From Raillietiella orientalis (lineage: Eukaryota), in NCBI GenBank assembly GCA_036172245.1, contig JAYWIR010000027.1, positions 1,860,001-1,924,000 of the forward strand: a stretch of DNA of 64,000 nucleotides, read 5' to 3'. Both the position numbers and the translations under genes were made by a program. The notes below the pieces were generated by a model, which saw only the letters and a program-made list of their open reading frames with translations, did no database searches and was not told where the DNA came from. Shown piece by piece: positions 41,440 through 52,964 of the stretch (position 1 is the stretch's first letter; every line of letters begins with the position of its first letter).

Positions 41440-44400
41440 TCACTTCTGGGAGCGGGACACGAAGCAGGAACACGCCACGGGGACCTCGAATACCTCCCAC
41501 CTGGGCTCCTTGACGGAATGCGAGATGTCGATGGACAGCAGCTTTACGTGGGCGTACCGCTGCGTGCAGCGGGAGCGGAAGCACGGGGGCAGATAGCCGC
41601 AGCTCCGGCCTTCCTCCCTGAAAAATTCGACAGCTGCTTAAGATGACTGCAGCATCATCTCCAGCAATGACGCTGCCTCGCAGACAAATTTTACCGCTCC
41701 TTCGCCTTCTACTCCCCTCCCCCCTCCCCTTCACCTCACTCCGCCGCAGCACGGCGGTGTAGCGCATACGCCGGCAGGAAAAAGCCCTGGGACTCCGGAA
41801 GGAACTCCCTCGGTTGCCCCGTGCAAACTCCAGGAGTCGTAGGGAGGCAGACGGTCCCCTTCGCCCCATGCCTCAGGCCATCTCTTCCTCCCTTCACCCT
41901 CCCAAGAGCAAGCTCGCTCGGGGCGACAGCCGCGCTCGCAGTCACCTACCCACTCCCGAACGCAGGAGGCCTTAGGAAGCGACCCTGTCGAAACTCAGAA
42001 ACCCTCCTTTTCTTGCGACGACCCGAGATGAGCCCTTCCTTTCCCTTTTTTCAGAGCCGGAGCCAGGCGGCGTTTCACGCACGGGAGCGTGCGCGCCGCC
42101 CATTTCCGGCGAACCCCGCTGGGCGTCGGGATGCCCCCAAGCGGCTTCCGACCTCCCAAATCCCTTTGTCCTCCTCTTGCCGGTAGCCATAAGCGCCCAG
42201 CAGCAGCAATCCACGGTCCACTTCGTCCTCTCCGTCCGCGTCGATCTGAAGGTCATTCTGATCTTGAGATCCTCCCGGGCAGAGGAGCGAAAGAGCGGTC
42301 TCAGGTTCAGCGCCTCCTGCGGTCCGGCCTGGGGCTGGAGGGTCGGTCGGAGGATTCCGCTGGCTCTGACATGAATCACCGGAGGGGAAGGGAGAGGTCC
42401 GCCCCGTAGCTGGGGAACGGCAGCCGCAGACTCCTGAGTGGCTCCTTGCAGGTCGCGCGCACACGCGGGACCCACCGAGATGACCGCCCGCTTGCCCGGA
42501 GCGCATGGCCTTCACTTGAGCCGGAGTCTGCACCGAAAGGTTGGGCCCATTATCTTTTCACGAGGTTACAAGGGGTTCCTGGCAACCTCAACAGGAAGGG
42601 CGGCGGGAGGCGAAAGGGATGAGAGAGGCTGTCGCACGCCGACGCCTCTCTTCAGAGGCAGAAGCGCGAGGCACCGATCACGGGATAGAGAGAGAGAGAG
42701 AGGGGGGGGGGGGGGGGGTGGAACGTGCGTTGGCCTCGCGGGGTCGTTGGGCCTGACCCTCTTCCGCAGGACATTTTTGAAGCGAGGGCGCGAGGCCTAG
42801 AGGTTCCTTCATGGAGCTACAAAGCACCTGTGCAACAGAATAGCCTGCGGCTGGGAGACGTACGCTTGCCAGTCCCGGTTGTCCCAACAGGCGGGTAGCG
42901 GGTAGGGGAGTCTCGCGCGGGTAAACGGAGAGCTGCAGGACAGAACTCCCGTCTGATGGCCCTCGTGGAGGCGCGGAGGAGAATGAGGAATGGAAAGTGA
43001 GTCCCTGAGCAACGCGGATGCACCAAGGACGCTCTCCCGTTGGTTCGCGATCCTCGCCTGCTGGTTCCGTGCTTCCGCCGAGGCGTCCCGTTCCGCTGCC
43101 TCCCCCGGGCAAATAGGCGGCATCGGAGACCATCAGCATTCCCCATGGCCGCTCTCCATCTTCGCTTTCTTCCGTCCGGGCCAGAAGGGCCACTACCGAT
43201 CTCCTCAGGGGACCCTCTTGACTTCAGCTCCGAGAGGGAGGACAATCTTCCAGAACCGGTACCATTCGGCCCGACTTCTAGTGACAGTTATTGCAGAGCG
43301 AAACTCGAGGGCAAAGAAAGTCAAAGCCCCCCTTCCCCCCCAAAAGGGAAAAAGGGATTGGGGGAGAGGAAGAACACACTCCTTTCGAAAAACACTTTTC
43401 TTTTGACACTTCTTTCATCCGTTCCCCCACCAGCACGCCGGATGCGAACCAGAGTCGAAAGAGGGCAGGGGCTAACCCTTCTCCCCTTCGCGCAGAATCT
43501 TCCTCACCTGCACTGCTCCATCCGCACGGTCTGCACGTGAGTGCTGGTGTTGATGATGATCATCCACTTGCCCGATGCGTGCCTGGCCCACCCTGGCCGC
43601 ACGATGCTCGGGTCGGACTCGCATACGAAGGACCCTTCCTCTCCCTTCTTCTCTTCGTCGCTGAAAAGAGTAGTCGGATGCGTTTCTCAACCACCACCAC
43701 TACGCTTCCTTCCCGCAGGCACGGAAGGGGGGAAACGGAAATCGAAAAGTGCGGCATGTGCTACCCACAATGGCGGCCGACAATGAAAGCCTCTCCTCCT
43801 CCTCCCCCCCCGCACCCAACGAAAGCAGCTTCCGCTGCTGCTCACCAGGAATCGCTGCCGCCGGCAGCCTCGCCATCTGCGTCGCGAGGAGCTCACCAGT
43901 CCGTCTCCCAGATGTCGAGGCATACCCACGGTCCTGGGGGCACCCGGCGTCCTGCGTGACCCGGGCAGCAGCACTGCCTCTTGCGTAGGGACAGGAGCAC
44001 GGCAGCCGGCGTTGCCTCGTCCTGAGGATTTCGCCCTGAGGGGCTGCGCCTCCGCAGGGGACCCTCTGTCTTCCCCGGCCGGAAGTGGAACGGTTCCGCG
44101 GAGGCGAGCGGGTCAGAGTCCAGAGCGACCTCTCACGGCGAGATCGAGGCGCCTCGAGAGGACTTTCTCCCCAGGGACTCCCCCCCAAGCACGTCGCAAC
44201 CCCAGCCCGTTGGACGCTGATTCCGGAGCAGCTTCCTCCCCTCGCAGGGGTCGGGGGAACGCCCTGGGACGCGAGAAACACATCGAGCGCGCCAGACGCG
44301 GACTTTTCTTGCCAGCACGCTGGTCGAGACCTGCGTCCACGACCTCCGCCGGTAGGCCGGAGGCCGCCAGCGCCGCGCGAGCAAGAAGAGAGAGGGTTTC

Positions 44401-46282
44401 GGAAGTGTTCCGCATCCCGTGCTGCAGCCTGCCCCTAGTGATCCTCATGGGAACCCCTCCCTGGAGAACTCGGCAGCGGACAGGGTGTCTCCCCGTTTCC
44501 ACGGCGATCGGCAGACGGAAGCGGGAAAGCTGATTGGGGAAAGAGAATCAGTTTGCCTTTCCCCGTTACGCATGGCAACCGCCTTGCAAGGCTGCGGTGC
44601 TGCGCGGAGAGGGGGAGGGCATCATCGTGGCAGCGGAGGAATGGCGGTGCCCTTCGGAATTCTTCTGCCTCGAAGGGCGAATCCCGGAGATATTTCAAGG
44701 ACGCCGCCAGCAGCATCTCGACCCGCCCGCATGAGTTCCCTGGTACTCGCGACGGAGCAAGGGCGACCTCAGCGAAGCCCTCTGCGAGACCCTGCGTTTC
44801 CCCCGTCCGCATGCAGCGGCCGGGTTGGGAGGAGACCGGCGCCGTGCCGTGAAACTGAAGATCATCCTGCGCGCGCGCGCGCTCACGACGGGTGGGTGCC
44901 ACCTCAGCAGCTCCACCCCCGGTTGCCGAATCCACGACCAGGCGAAAGCGCCATAGCGGGAGAACAGGGTCGCCCAGGGTCCCTGACCCCGGAAACTGCC
45001 CTCCAGGACCGGCCTGCTGCGTCCCAAGATATCTCGACTGCTCCGCGGCTCGGCGGAGGGGGCACCCCGTGCTGCGCGCTCCTTCCGGTCCTTTCCTCCC
45101 CCCCCCCCACCGGACACCGCGCGGTTCTCCGACGTGCGTCAGGGATCGCTCCCTCCGGGGGAGATCCCTTTTGCACCACGCCGGTATCTCGCGATGATAT
45201 CACAGAGCTCCGCCCCAGCGGCCAGGGGCGGAGGGGGAGACCCACTCGCCGCCGGCTCTTCGGAGGCTACTGCGACGCTCTCGAGTCGGCGTGAGCCTCT
45301 GGATCCTGCGCCTGGGAGTGGTAGCCGGCGCGCAACCCTCCCCGGATGGCCGCGGTTGCCCCTGTCACCTGCCCCGCGTGGCCGACCTGGCTCTTGTGCC
45401 CTGTCTTCGTCCCCGGGGAGGCCTCCTTCCAGACGCCGCCCCGAGGAGGAATTTAATCCTCACCTTCCTGCGTCTCGAAAAAGGAATCAAAGTGGCTGAT
45501 CAGCGTTCCCATGGGGACGGAGCGTCCGTCCTCCGCTAGGCTCTGCCAGCGATGGCCGCCGCTCTTCGGCGCCCGTGGTCGTCCGGTGTCCGCGAGTAAA
45601 GCGGTAGCGAATTGTCGCGCGCGGGCTTCCTCGCTGTCAAGCCCGGAGGCCGATTCGACGCACCGGGGAGGAGGAGGGGCTGTGGAAGTTCCTACCCATC
45701 CGGCAGCCTCTTTTCGGTCCTCTCCTGCGATTCATCTCTCGCTCTTCCGCACGGCTACAACAGCGGATGAATCTTTCCTTGAGAAAGCGGCTGCCCCTAG
45801 CTGCCCTTAAGGGTATGGTCCTTCGTGCCCGTGGACACCCTCGGCCAACGGGGGACTCCGGAGGAGATTCCCGTTTCTTCCCGGTCGGTGAAGCCGCCGC
45901 CGCTCTCTTTCCGTCACCCGGTGCAAGCGCACCCCCTCGGGCTAAGAGTCAGGGGAGAGAAGGCGAAGAGACCTCCACATGTCCCTCCGGATCAGGAAGA
46001 CCCTCCTGCCCGTCGGGGAGGGGCGGTCGGGAAGCTCACCTGAACGAGTCGTTCGTGAGGATAACGGCGTCATCCAGAGAAGCGTCCTGGAGCTGCTGGA
46101 GAGACCCGTGGAAGAGGTCGAGTATGACCTGCACCTGCTCCCTTTGGCTGACGTCACGAGGGAGGGGACGCGCTGCGCGCTCCCGGATACTCACTTGGGG
46201 TAGCTGTCGTCCATGGGGCAGAGCACCAGGTTTTCGCGGGCGCACCGGGGAACACCACTGTGGCGCTCCAGCAGCGATCCTC
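41440..46282 (-). CDS. Spaetzle / neurotrophin-like cystine-knot ligand (last four exons; signal-peptide exon not located)
   Basis: GT-AG exons 46282-46195, 46147(or 46141)-46040, 43660-43508 and 41617-41440 splice in frame. Prodomain-like ..PRCARENLVLCPMDDSYP..EQVQVILDLF.. is followed by SFVCESDPSIVRPGWARHASGKWMIIINTSTHVQTVRMEQCREEGRSCGYLPPCFRSRCTQRYAHVKLLSIDISHSVKEPRWEVFEVPVACSCFVSRSQK*. This has the spaetzle pattern C.S....P..A....G.W..I.N....Q.V..E.C...C...C.Q.Y....L.....P..CSC. Confidence 0.9.
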
Positions 46283-46760
46283 CTGCATCACGAAGGGGAA
46301 GTGCTGAGAACACAGGAAGAGATCGGTTGTCTCGTTCGGGAATCGTTTCGGGGAAGGGGGAGGAGGGAGAGTTGGAGGCGGGAAACACCCTACTCCCTCT
46401 GCCAGCGTCCCAGCTTCCCATGTGCTCCTTCACGCTGTTGGAGGTGTCAGACCCGGGTCGCTGGGCGCCTTCCTCTGCGTGACGCCGGCGTTAGAGGAGG
46501 CGGAGTGGCGTCACTCGCGGCCGGTCCCCGCGGTCGATCGGCGGCGTGCGCGTCGTCAATCGACCGCACTCGAAAAATGCCACGCATTCCGTGGATGGGG
46601 GGGGGGGAGAAGGGGGCATCCCATCATCCATTAGGCGGCACATTCCCCAAACCAGATCTTCACGACCGCGGTGCCTGCGGCATGCGAGGCCTGGAGCGTT
46701 CCAGCCAGCAGAGGAGGCCGCGTTGGCGGCTACCTGGATGCGGTCCCTCTGAGTGAGGCA

Positions 46761-47167
46761 CTGCGCGCTGCGGGTCCGAATTCCGCCCGGGGAAGGGTTG
46801 ATGCTGAGAATGGAAGGGGGATGTGGGTTTCCAGCCCTCATCTTCCTCACAGGACGACGCTGGTTAGCCCACAGGCATCAGGTGCTACCGCACCGGTGGA
46901 AGCTGGAAACCCCTGTCGACCGGCCGGGACGGAAAGTCGGTCGACTTTCCTTCCCGGCCTAGGATCCTTGGAGGACATAAAGGAGCCTTTCGGGGCTGTT
47001 CTCTTCGGTTGCGAAAAGGGAGCGTGAAGCCGGTTGATACCTCGCAGATCGGCCTCTCCAGAATGTCAAGAAGCGCGCTGCACCCGTCGGGGAGGAGGAC
47101 GCGAAGAGGGGAGGGTGTTCTCGGCGTCGACCCTTCGCCGGGCGGGATTCGAATCCGCGACGCGCGG
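46761..47167. repeat. Diverged 50-bp inverted repeat (46761-46810 and 47118-47167)
   Basis: 40/50 identical by manual alignment; five of ten differences are CpG>CpA. The right arm contains ggattcgaatcc, resembling a tRNA/SINE B-box. Confidence 0.8.
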
Positions 47168-50100
47168 AGCTGCGCGCGGAAGCCGCAGCTGCACGGCTGC
47201 CGGCATGGCGCCACAGGAGTTCCGGCAGAATCAAAGGATGGGACTCCGCGGGATGGAGACTCGCGAAGCGCGGCAGCCCGGGACTAAGAGGGAATTCTCT
47301 GGTGGGTCGCGGAGGCAGCAGGAAGCCGAGTGGGCCTCACGCAACCCCTCCGAGGCTGGCGGAGGCAGCCACGGGCGCGCACCCAGACGGGCTCATCGGT
47401 TCTCCTCGAAGGCTCCAGGGATTTTTAACCCGAATCACCTCGAACCTTGCCCTCCTAATAGATTCCTTGCGGACTCGGAGCGGGGAGCGGGGACTCCAGG
47501 GAGGGATCGGATGTGCCGTACGCTGCGGGAGAGGAAGGGGGGAAGGATGCACCGCCCGACGGGATCGCTGCCGGCATCCAGGCGGGAAAGGCTAACGCAC
47601 GCGGGAGAGACACCGGAAACAATTGGACAGATGATCTCTTCCCTCCAAGAGAAAAAAAAGTCTTCCCGAAGATGCCTCCACTCGGTCATTAATCTGGAAA
47701 AGTAAGGGAAGCGAGCCTCGCCCACCGCGGGAAAAGCATCGCGCAGGCAGCTCGGCTCCTGATTTTGCGAACGCCACATGAATCTATTCGCTCGCAAAGT
47801 GCATCAGTAAGCGTTGGATGAGCGCGTGAGATCTTTTCCTGGTCCTCGCGATGCGGTCGCGACCCCCAGTTTTTCCGAATCGCGACAGAAGGGTGACGGC
47901 GGACCTGCCGCCGGGTTCTCTCGCGAGTAGCTTTTCCCATTAGCCTCCTTCGAATCGCCCGCTCAGGGATGCCAACCGTTGTGGATCCTCATCGCGCGAC
48001 ACCGCTGCTACTCTTACTCGAGATCCCCCCCCCCCTATCCTCTGTCCCCGCACAGCAAGCGCCACCGATTCTCCAGGAATTGCAATCATCGCGATTAAGC
48101 GGGGGGTCGGATAGTTCGGGTTCTTCAGATTAGAGGAAGTTTCTGCAATGTGCAAGTTGCGCCTAGGATGTTCGTTCCCTGTTGCCAAGTTAGCGACGTT
48201 CGCTCACTGGTGCATGCACTTTCATGCACATTGATTCGAATGAAACGCAACTCTTACAGCCACTCATGTACTCACAGTATGGAGGGTGGAGTCTGTACGC
48301 TGAAAGTCTCCTCCAGCTTTCAAGCGTTAGCGATGGAACCATGGAGATGATGGTCCATACAAGGATATCCATTGCTCTTCTGAAATGTTCTCTCTAGAGG
48401 AGAGAGAGAGAGAGAGATACGATCCGAGATACACCTTTGGCTGTGGATTTTCCCCTGCTGAAGAACTTCGCTGTTCTCTTTAACAGCTGAATTCCCCAAA
48501 CACTTAAACATGGAAACATCTCTCACAGTCATGAATTTTCCCATCAGCGCACGATTTTGTGTCAATTGAAACGATTGTGTGGCATATCTTATTATCAGAT
48601 GACAGATTCTTAAGATTCTTAATGATCAGGGAGGTAGTAAAGCACAAGAAAAATGTCGACATGAGAATTGAACATTTTTTTTTTTCATTTTTACTTTCGT
48701 AGTCCTTTCCGCACATTCCATTCATTTTTTGATTCGGAACGTATCGAAACATTTTTTTCTCTTTTTTTGCCTTCGCCGACTAACAGCAGAAAGATATCAC
48801 TGAAGCATTCGTTTCAGCCCGTTTCTTAGGCGCGCTCCGTGGGTCTGGAGGCACTTGCCAAGTTTGTCAAGCTTGCACTCGACTTTCCTTTTCTTAAAGA
48901 AAATTCTCGATCCGTGTTACATGCTTAGCTTCTTTCACTTTCGATCCCTCAATTAAGAAGTTTAATTAGATGTCCGTTAGCAATGCACTGAATGTAGCTA
49001 GTAAACCTGTCAAGTGCGCACTCACAAGTCGACAATTATTTTTGATTCCACATTCCACGTTGTGATTAATTTAATCAAATAGGGCAACGCTGAAACGCTT
49101 CCGGTCATTACTCTCCCATTTTGGCAACAGTTAAAAACGAAAATTCGAATTTGTGGTTTTGAGGAAGCCTGTTTTCTTGCGATGAGGGCAACTAAAGAGT
49201 TCGCGGCATTACCGATATGGCCGAACTTGAGGGACCGCAGAGACGCGCTCTATTTCTTGAGCCGCGTGGATGCAAAGTGGAAACGAACGACCTGCAGGAA
49301 CGAATGATTCGAGGAACAATACGGCTCATTCGCATTATCACTCACAAACCGTGAGAAGGCAAATGGGAATACTGGGAGCTAGGCAAAGATGGCGGGAGGC
49401 GAAAACTGAAATAAAAACGAAAACATGCAGCGCGTCGTTGCCATGACCACTGAGGACTCGCTGCAAACAGGCAAAGCGCTGTGCGTGTCGCGTCCGAAGA
49501 GAGGGTGCTCTCCAAGAGCCTCGAAGATGCGTCCGGAGAGGCGGAACGAGATCTCAATCAAGGACGCCGAGTCCTTTGGTACTTGTACAAGTTTCTTACG
49601 TGGATTTTGTGTCGGTCGGCGTTTGCTTTCTGAGAAAACGACTTCCGTTCTGTGACTGCAAGCTCTCGCTCATTATTTTCAGCGGCTGCTGGTCCCTTTG
49701 TTTCGTTTTTCTTTTTTTCCCCGAGGAATGGGGACAGGTGCGAAGGAAGGGGTGAGTCTGTCTCTTACCTGTTTTGATGTGCACAGAGAACTGTCCTGCT
49801 TCCCTCACTGTACGGGAAACATAGCCTGACGACACCCTTCTCCGTATGGTGGGTACACGCACGCAAGCAACCGCACCAGTGTGCTCGGCCTCTGGAGGAG
49901 ACGCCTGCGTCCGTCTTAAGGCGGATCTGACGAAGGTAGGGTGGCAAAGGAAAAGGAGGGAAGGGTGCGGTCGCTTGCTCCCCTTTCGTCGGCCTATATC
50001 CCTGCATAATGGGACGAGCACACTATTCCGTCGCGGTCTCGAGAACGCTGAAAGAACCGGCGGGATTCTAGATCTCTGGAAAGGCCGTCCGACCCTTTGT

Positions 50101-52107
50101 GCCGCCGCCCGGCGTTCCGCCTGGACGCGTGCCTTCGTGGAGCCGGTCGGGACAAGAGGCAGGTGGCTCTCCTGCGCCCGCCGGGCAATCCGCGGCGATT
50201 CGGACCGTTAGCTCGCTCGCATGCGCGCGATCTCCTTCGAGGCTGTTTCTGCCGCAGTCCTCCTCCTTCCCTTCCCCGGTCGCGTTCTAGGCACCGTCCG
50301 AGCGGGAAGCGCAAGTTCTGGCCACTTCCAAAACTCCCTCATCCCACGAGATGCCGCGACTTCGATGCCGTGGCGCGTCCGTTACTAGCAGACCGAGAGT
50401 AAGGTCGACGAGGAATGCATGCATCGGATCCAGGAGCGAGGTTTGCTGACCTTTCACCCCCTTTCCCCTCCATTTAGTGCTTCTTTGCCCTTCTGGCCTT
50501 GCTTCCCATCTAGAGCAGAATCCGCTCGTGAGTTCCAGTCAAGTCTTCCGACAGACGAAACAGCTAGAAGAAGGGATGAAGATTGCTCCTGCAGACCCCT
50601 GCTGGGTGCAGCGAGGTGCCACTCCACATAAGTGAGGAAAAAGACGGCTCCCTCACATCTCGAACCAGCTCCACGAATGCCGCATCCGTGTCTCCATGAC
50701 TGGAGGCGCGAAGCCTTGATGGAACCTGCAAAGAAGCTACCGGCGGGAGGTGGAAGTGGACTTCTTGCATCCAGGAGACTCCTGGTTGACGAGGACCTGA
50801 CTCTACAGAGGAACAGTGGTTTCCTTTACTTTCAAAGGGCGTGTACCGCCCTTTTCAAAGTGTGACAGCAGCGTTCAGGGATGCCTGGGGGACTGAAGAA
50901 TCCGCTTGCCGCGCGGTGACTCTCCCGTACAGCTTTTGCTGGGATGATCGACTCTCCAAGAGCATTTGTGGTTGGCTACCTGGGATCCTGAGGGAGGCGG
51001 GGCACTGCGGGGGAAGCGCAGGGGTCGTTCTCATGCCTACTAACCGATGAGGAAATTTCATTGTTGCTTATCGAGGATCCACACGATACTCAATTGCTGA
51101 ACTATCTCCGATGAGGTGCTCAGTGGTGTTTCTCAGCATCCAGAACGTCGTCCGGTGGTTGGCAGAACCCATGGGTGAGTCCGATGGTGTCTCTTCTGGA
51201 CCCTCCGGCTCGGCTATCAGGCAGAAGAAGGGATGGGCCATCTTTCGGAGTGACCCTCCGAAAGGAGTTCCCCAAAGCCGTCGCACCTCCGAGAGAGGTT
51301 TTGCTGGGTGGTCACGCCAGCGGTGCAGTCGACAGCGCACCGCCACCGTGAGCACCACAAGGCGCCCCATGAAAAGTTTGAACTCCAATTCCAACATCCT
51401 TGCACTCCTCCAGATACTGGCGCAAGGGAATCGTCGCCGGCACCAACCACTTCGGCCATAGCACGCTCGTTCCGTGCGCACGGCTATGTCGTCTGTCAGG
51501 CGCGCACGTTGTCCTACGCCTCCCTCACTCAGCTACCACGTTCACGAGTGCCAAGAACCTTGCCGGGTCCCAGGCTCCCAGAGCGTCCCGCTGGAAACTC
51601 CCTCACCGACTCTGACGCTGCCGTAGAGTTCCCCGGCATGCAGAAAGCGTTGTCGGAGCCGGTGGTTCGACCTTCGTTCTGGAGTGTCGTGTCGCACACT
51701 GAACCCTGCCAGAAGCTGGCTGGAGGAAGGCAGCTTCCAGCTCCCGTTGGTTCTGAGCTGCTTCTTTGGTTTGGTGCGCCGAGACTCCGAGCAGCACGTC
51801 TTTCTGCATAGGCGGCCGCTCCATGGAGGGCTCGCCATGGGGCCGCTCGGGGTAAGGCTGCTACTCTGGAAGACTCTCGATCTTCGGAGGCGCCTAACCA
51901 ACGGCTCTCTCAGGTGGGTGCCCGAGAGGCGAGAAGTTGCAGTCGTGAAAGATCTGTTCGAACCTGACCTGTTCGGCTTCTATGGTTCCGCGTGACCTAT
52001 GTTGCGAAGCGCCTGAGGAGGGATCGACCCTTCCTTCTCCGAGGTGATGGATGGTGGCATCTCAGGAGAAGGCACACGGAAGTGGTCAAGTCGGACTCTC
52101 CTGAGGC

Positions 52108-52192
52108 CTCCTTGTGGTAGCCGGGAAGAGTTCACGGAATTGGAGTGACAGTCCCTCCAGTTCCGTGAACTCTTCCCGGCTACCACAAGGAG
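52108..52192. repeat. Near-perfect inverted repeat: 38-bp stem, 9-nt loop
   Basis: ctccttgtggtagccgggaagagttcacggaattggag-tgacagtcc-ctccagttccgtgaactcttcccggctaccacaaggag; 37/38 Watson-Crick pairs, and the remaining pair is U.G on the + strand. Confidence 0.95.
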
Positions 52193-52272
52193 TACTCCCT
52201 GTAGGAGTGCGCAGCAGCTCCGTGCACTCCCACGCCAAGGTGCATGCAGCCCTCCACTGCGCCTCGGGGTCT

Positions 52273-52964
52273 CCAAGACTTCCAGTCCGGTCCTGGATTT
52301 TCCCCAAGCCTCGTAGGGCACCCCTCGGCACGCCATCCGGAAAGTCCTTCAAGGTGGACGGAAAGGGAGAGGGGAGGAAGGTCGAAGGTCGAACGCGACC
52401 ATTGCCTTCGGGAGGTCGAAAGGAGGACGGCCCTGTCCGCGCAATCTCCTTGGCCACTGAAGGTCGGGTCAGATCTCCTCTGCGCTAGGCTTCCCGACTC
52501 CCTTGCCGGAGGCGGGCAGCAGGCGATGGCAGGCGATTACCGAGTAGGAAGGGAAGGAGAGCCCCTCCGAACCTCGCCACCCATCATTCTCTCTCTCGAG
52601 AGAGGGGGACCTGCCCTCTACCCCTACCTACCCCTTCCCTCCTCTTCCTACCCACCTCCCCGTGCCCTACGGCGCGGCCTCTCCCTCCTCCTCTTCCTCC
52701 CCCCCGAGCGTTCGCCCTGGCAAATAGCCCGACCCGTCTGAGGCGTTCGTTTCTCCCAGGACGCGACGGGAGAAGCCACCTTCTTTCCTTCCTTCCTTCC
52801 TCCGGTCGCCTGACAACATCGTTCCCATGCTGCTCTGGTGCGACTCGGAACCGCCGTCCTGGCAACCGGGAGTCGTCTCCAGGCACGAGGAGGGAGGAGC
52901 TGCCAGGACTTCCAGACCGGACCCGGATCTTCCCCGGTTCCCATAGGGCGTCCCTCGGCACGCC
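52273..52964. repeat. Diverged 62-bp direct repeat (52273-52334 and 52903-52964)
   Basis: 49/62 identical, ungapped, offset 630 nt. Confidence 0.8.

Noticed and set aside
45767..46756. 329-aa plus-strand ORF
   Set aside because: Arg/Gly/Ser/Pro-rich, and antisense to well-supported spaetzle exons in GC-rich DNA.
47140..47165. tRNA-like T-arm motif (ggattcgaatcc)
   Set aside because: No acceptor, D or anticodon arms can be folded; not a tRNA gene.
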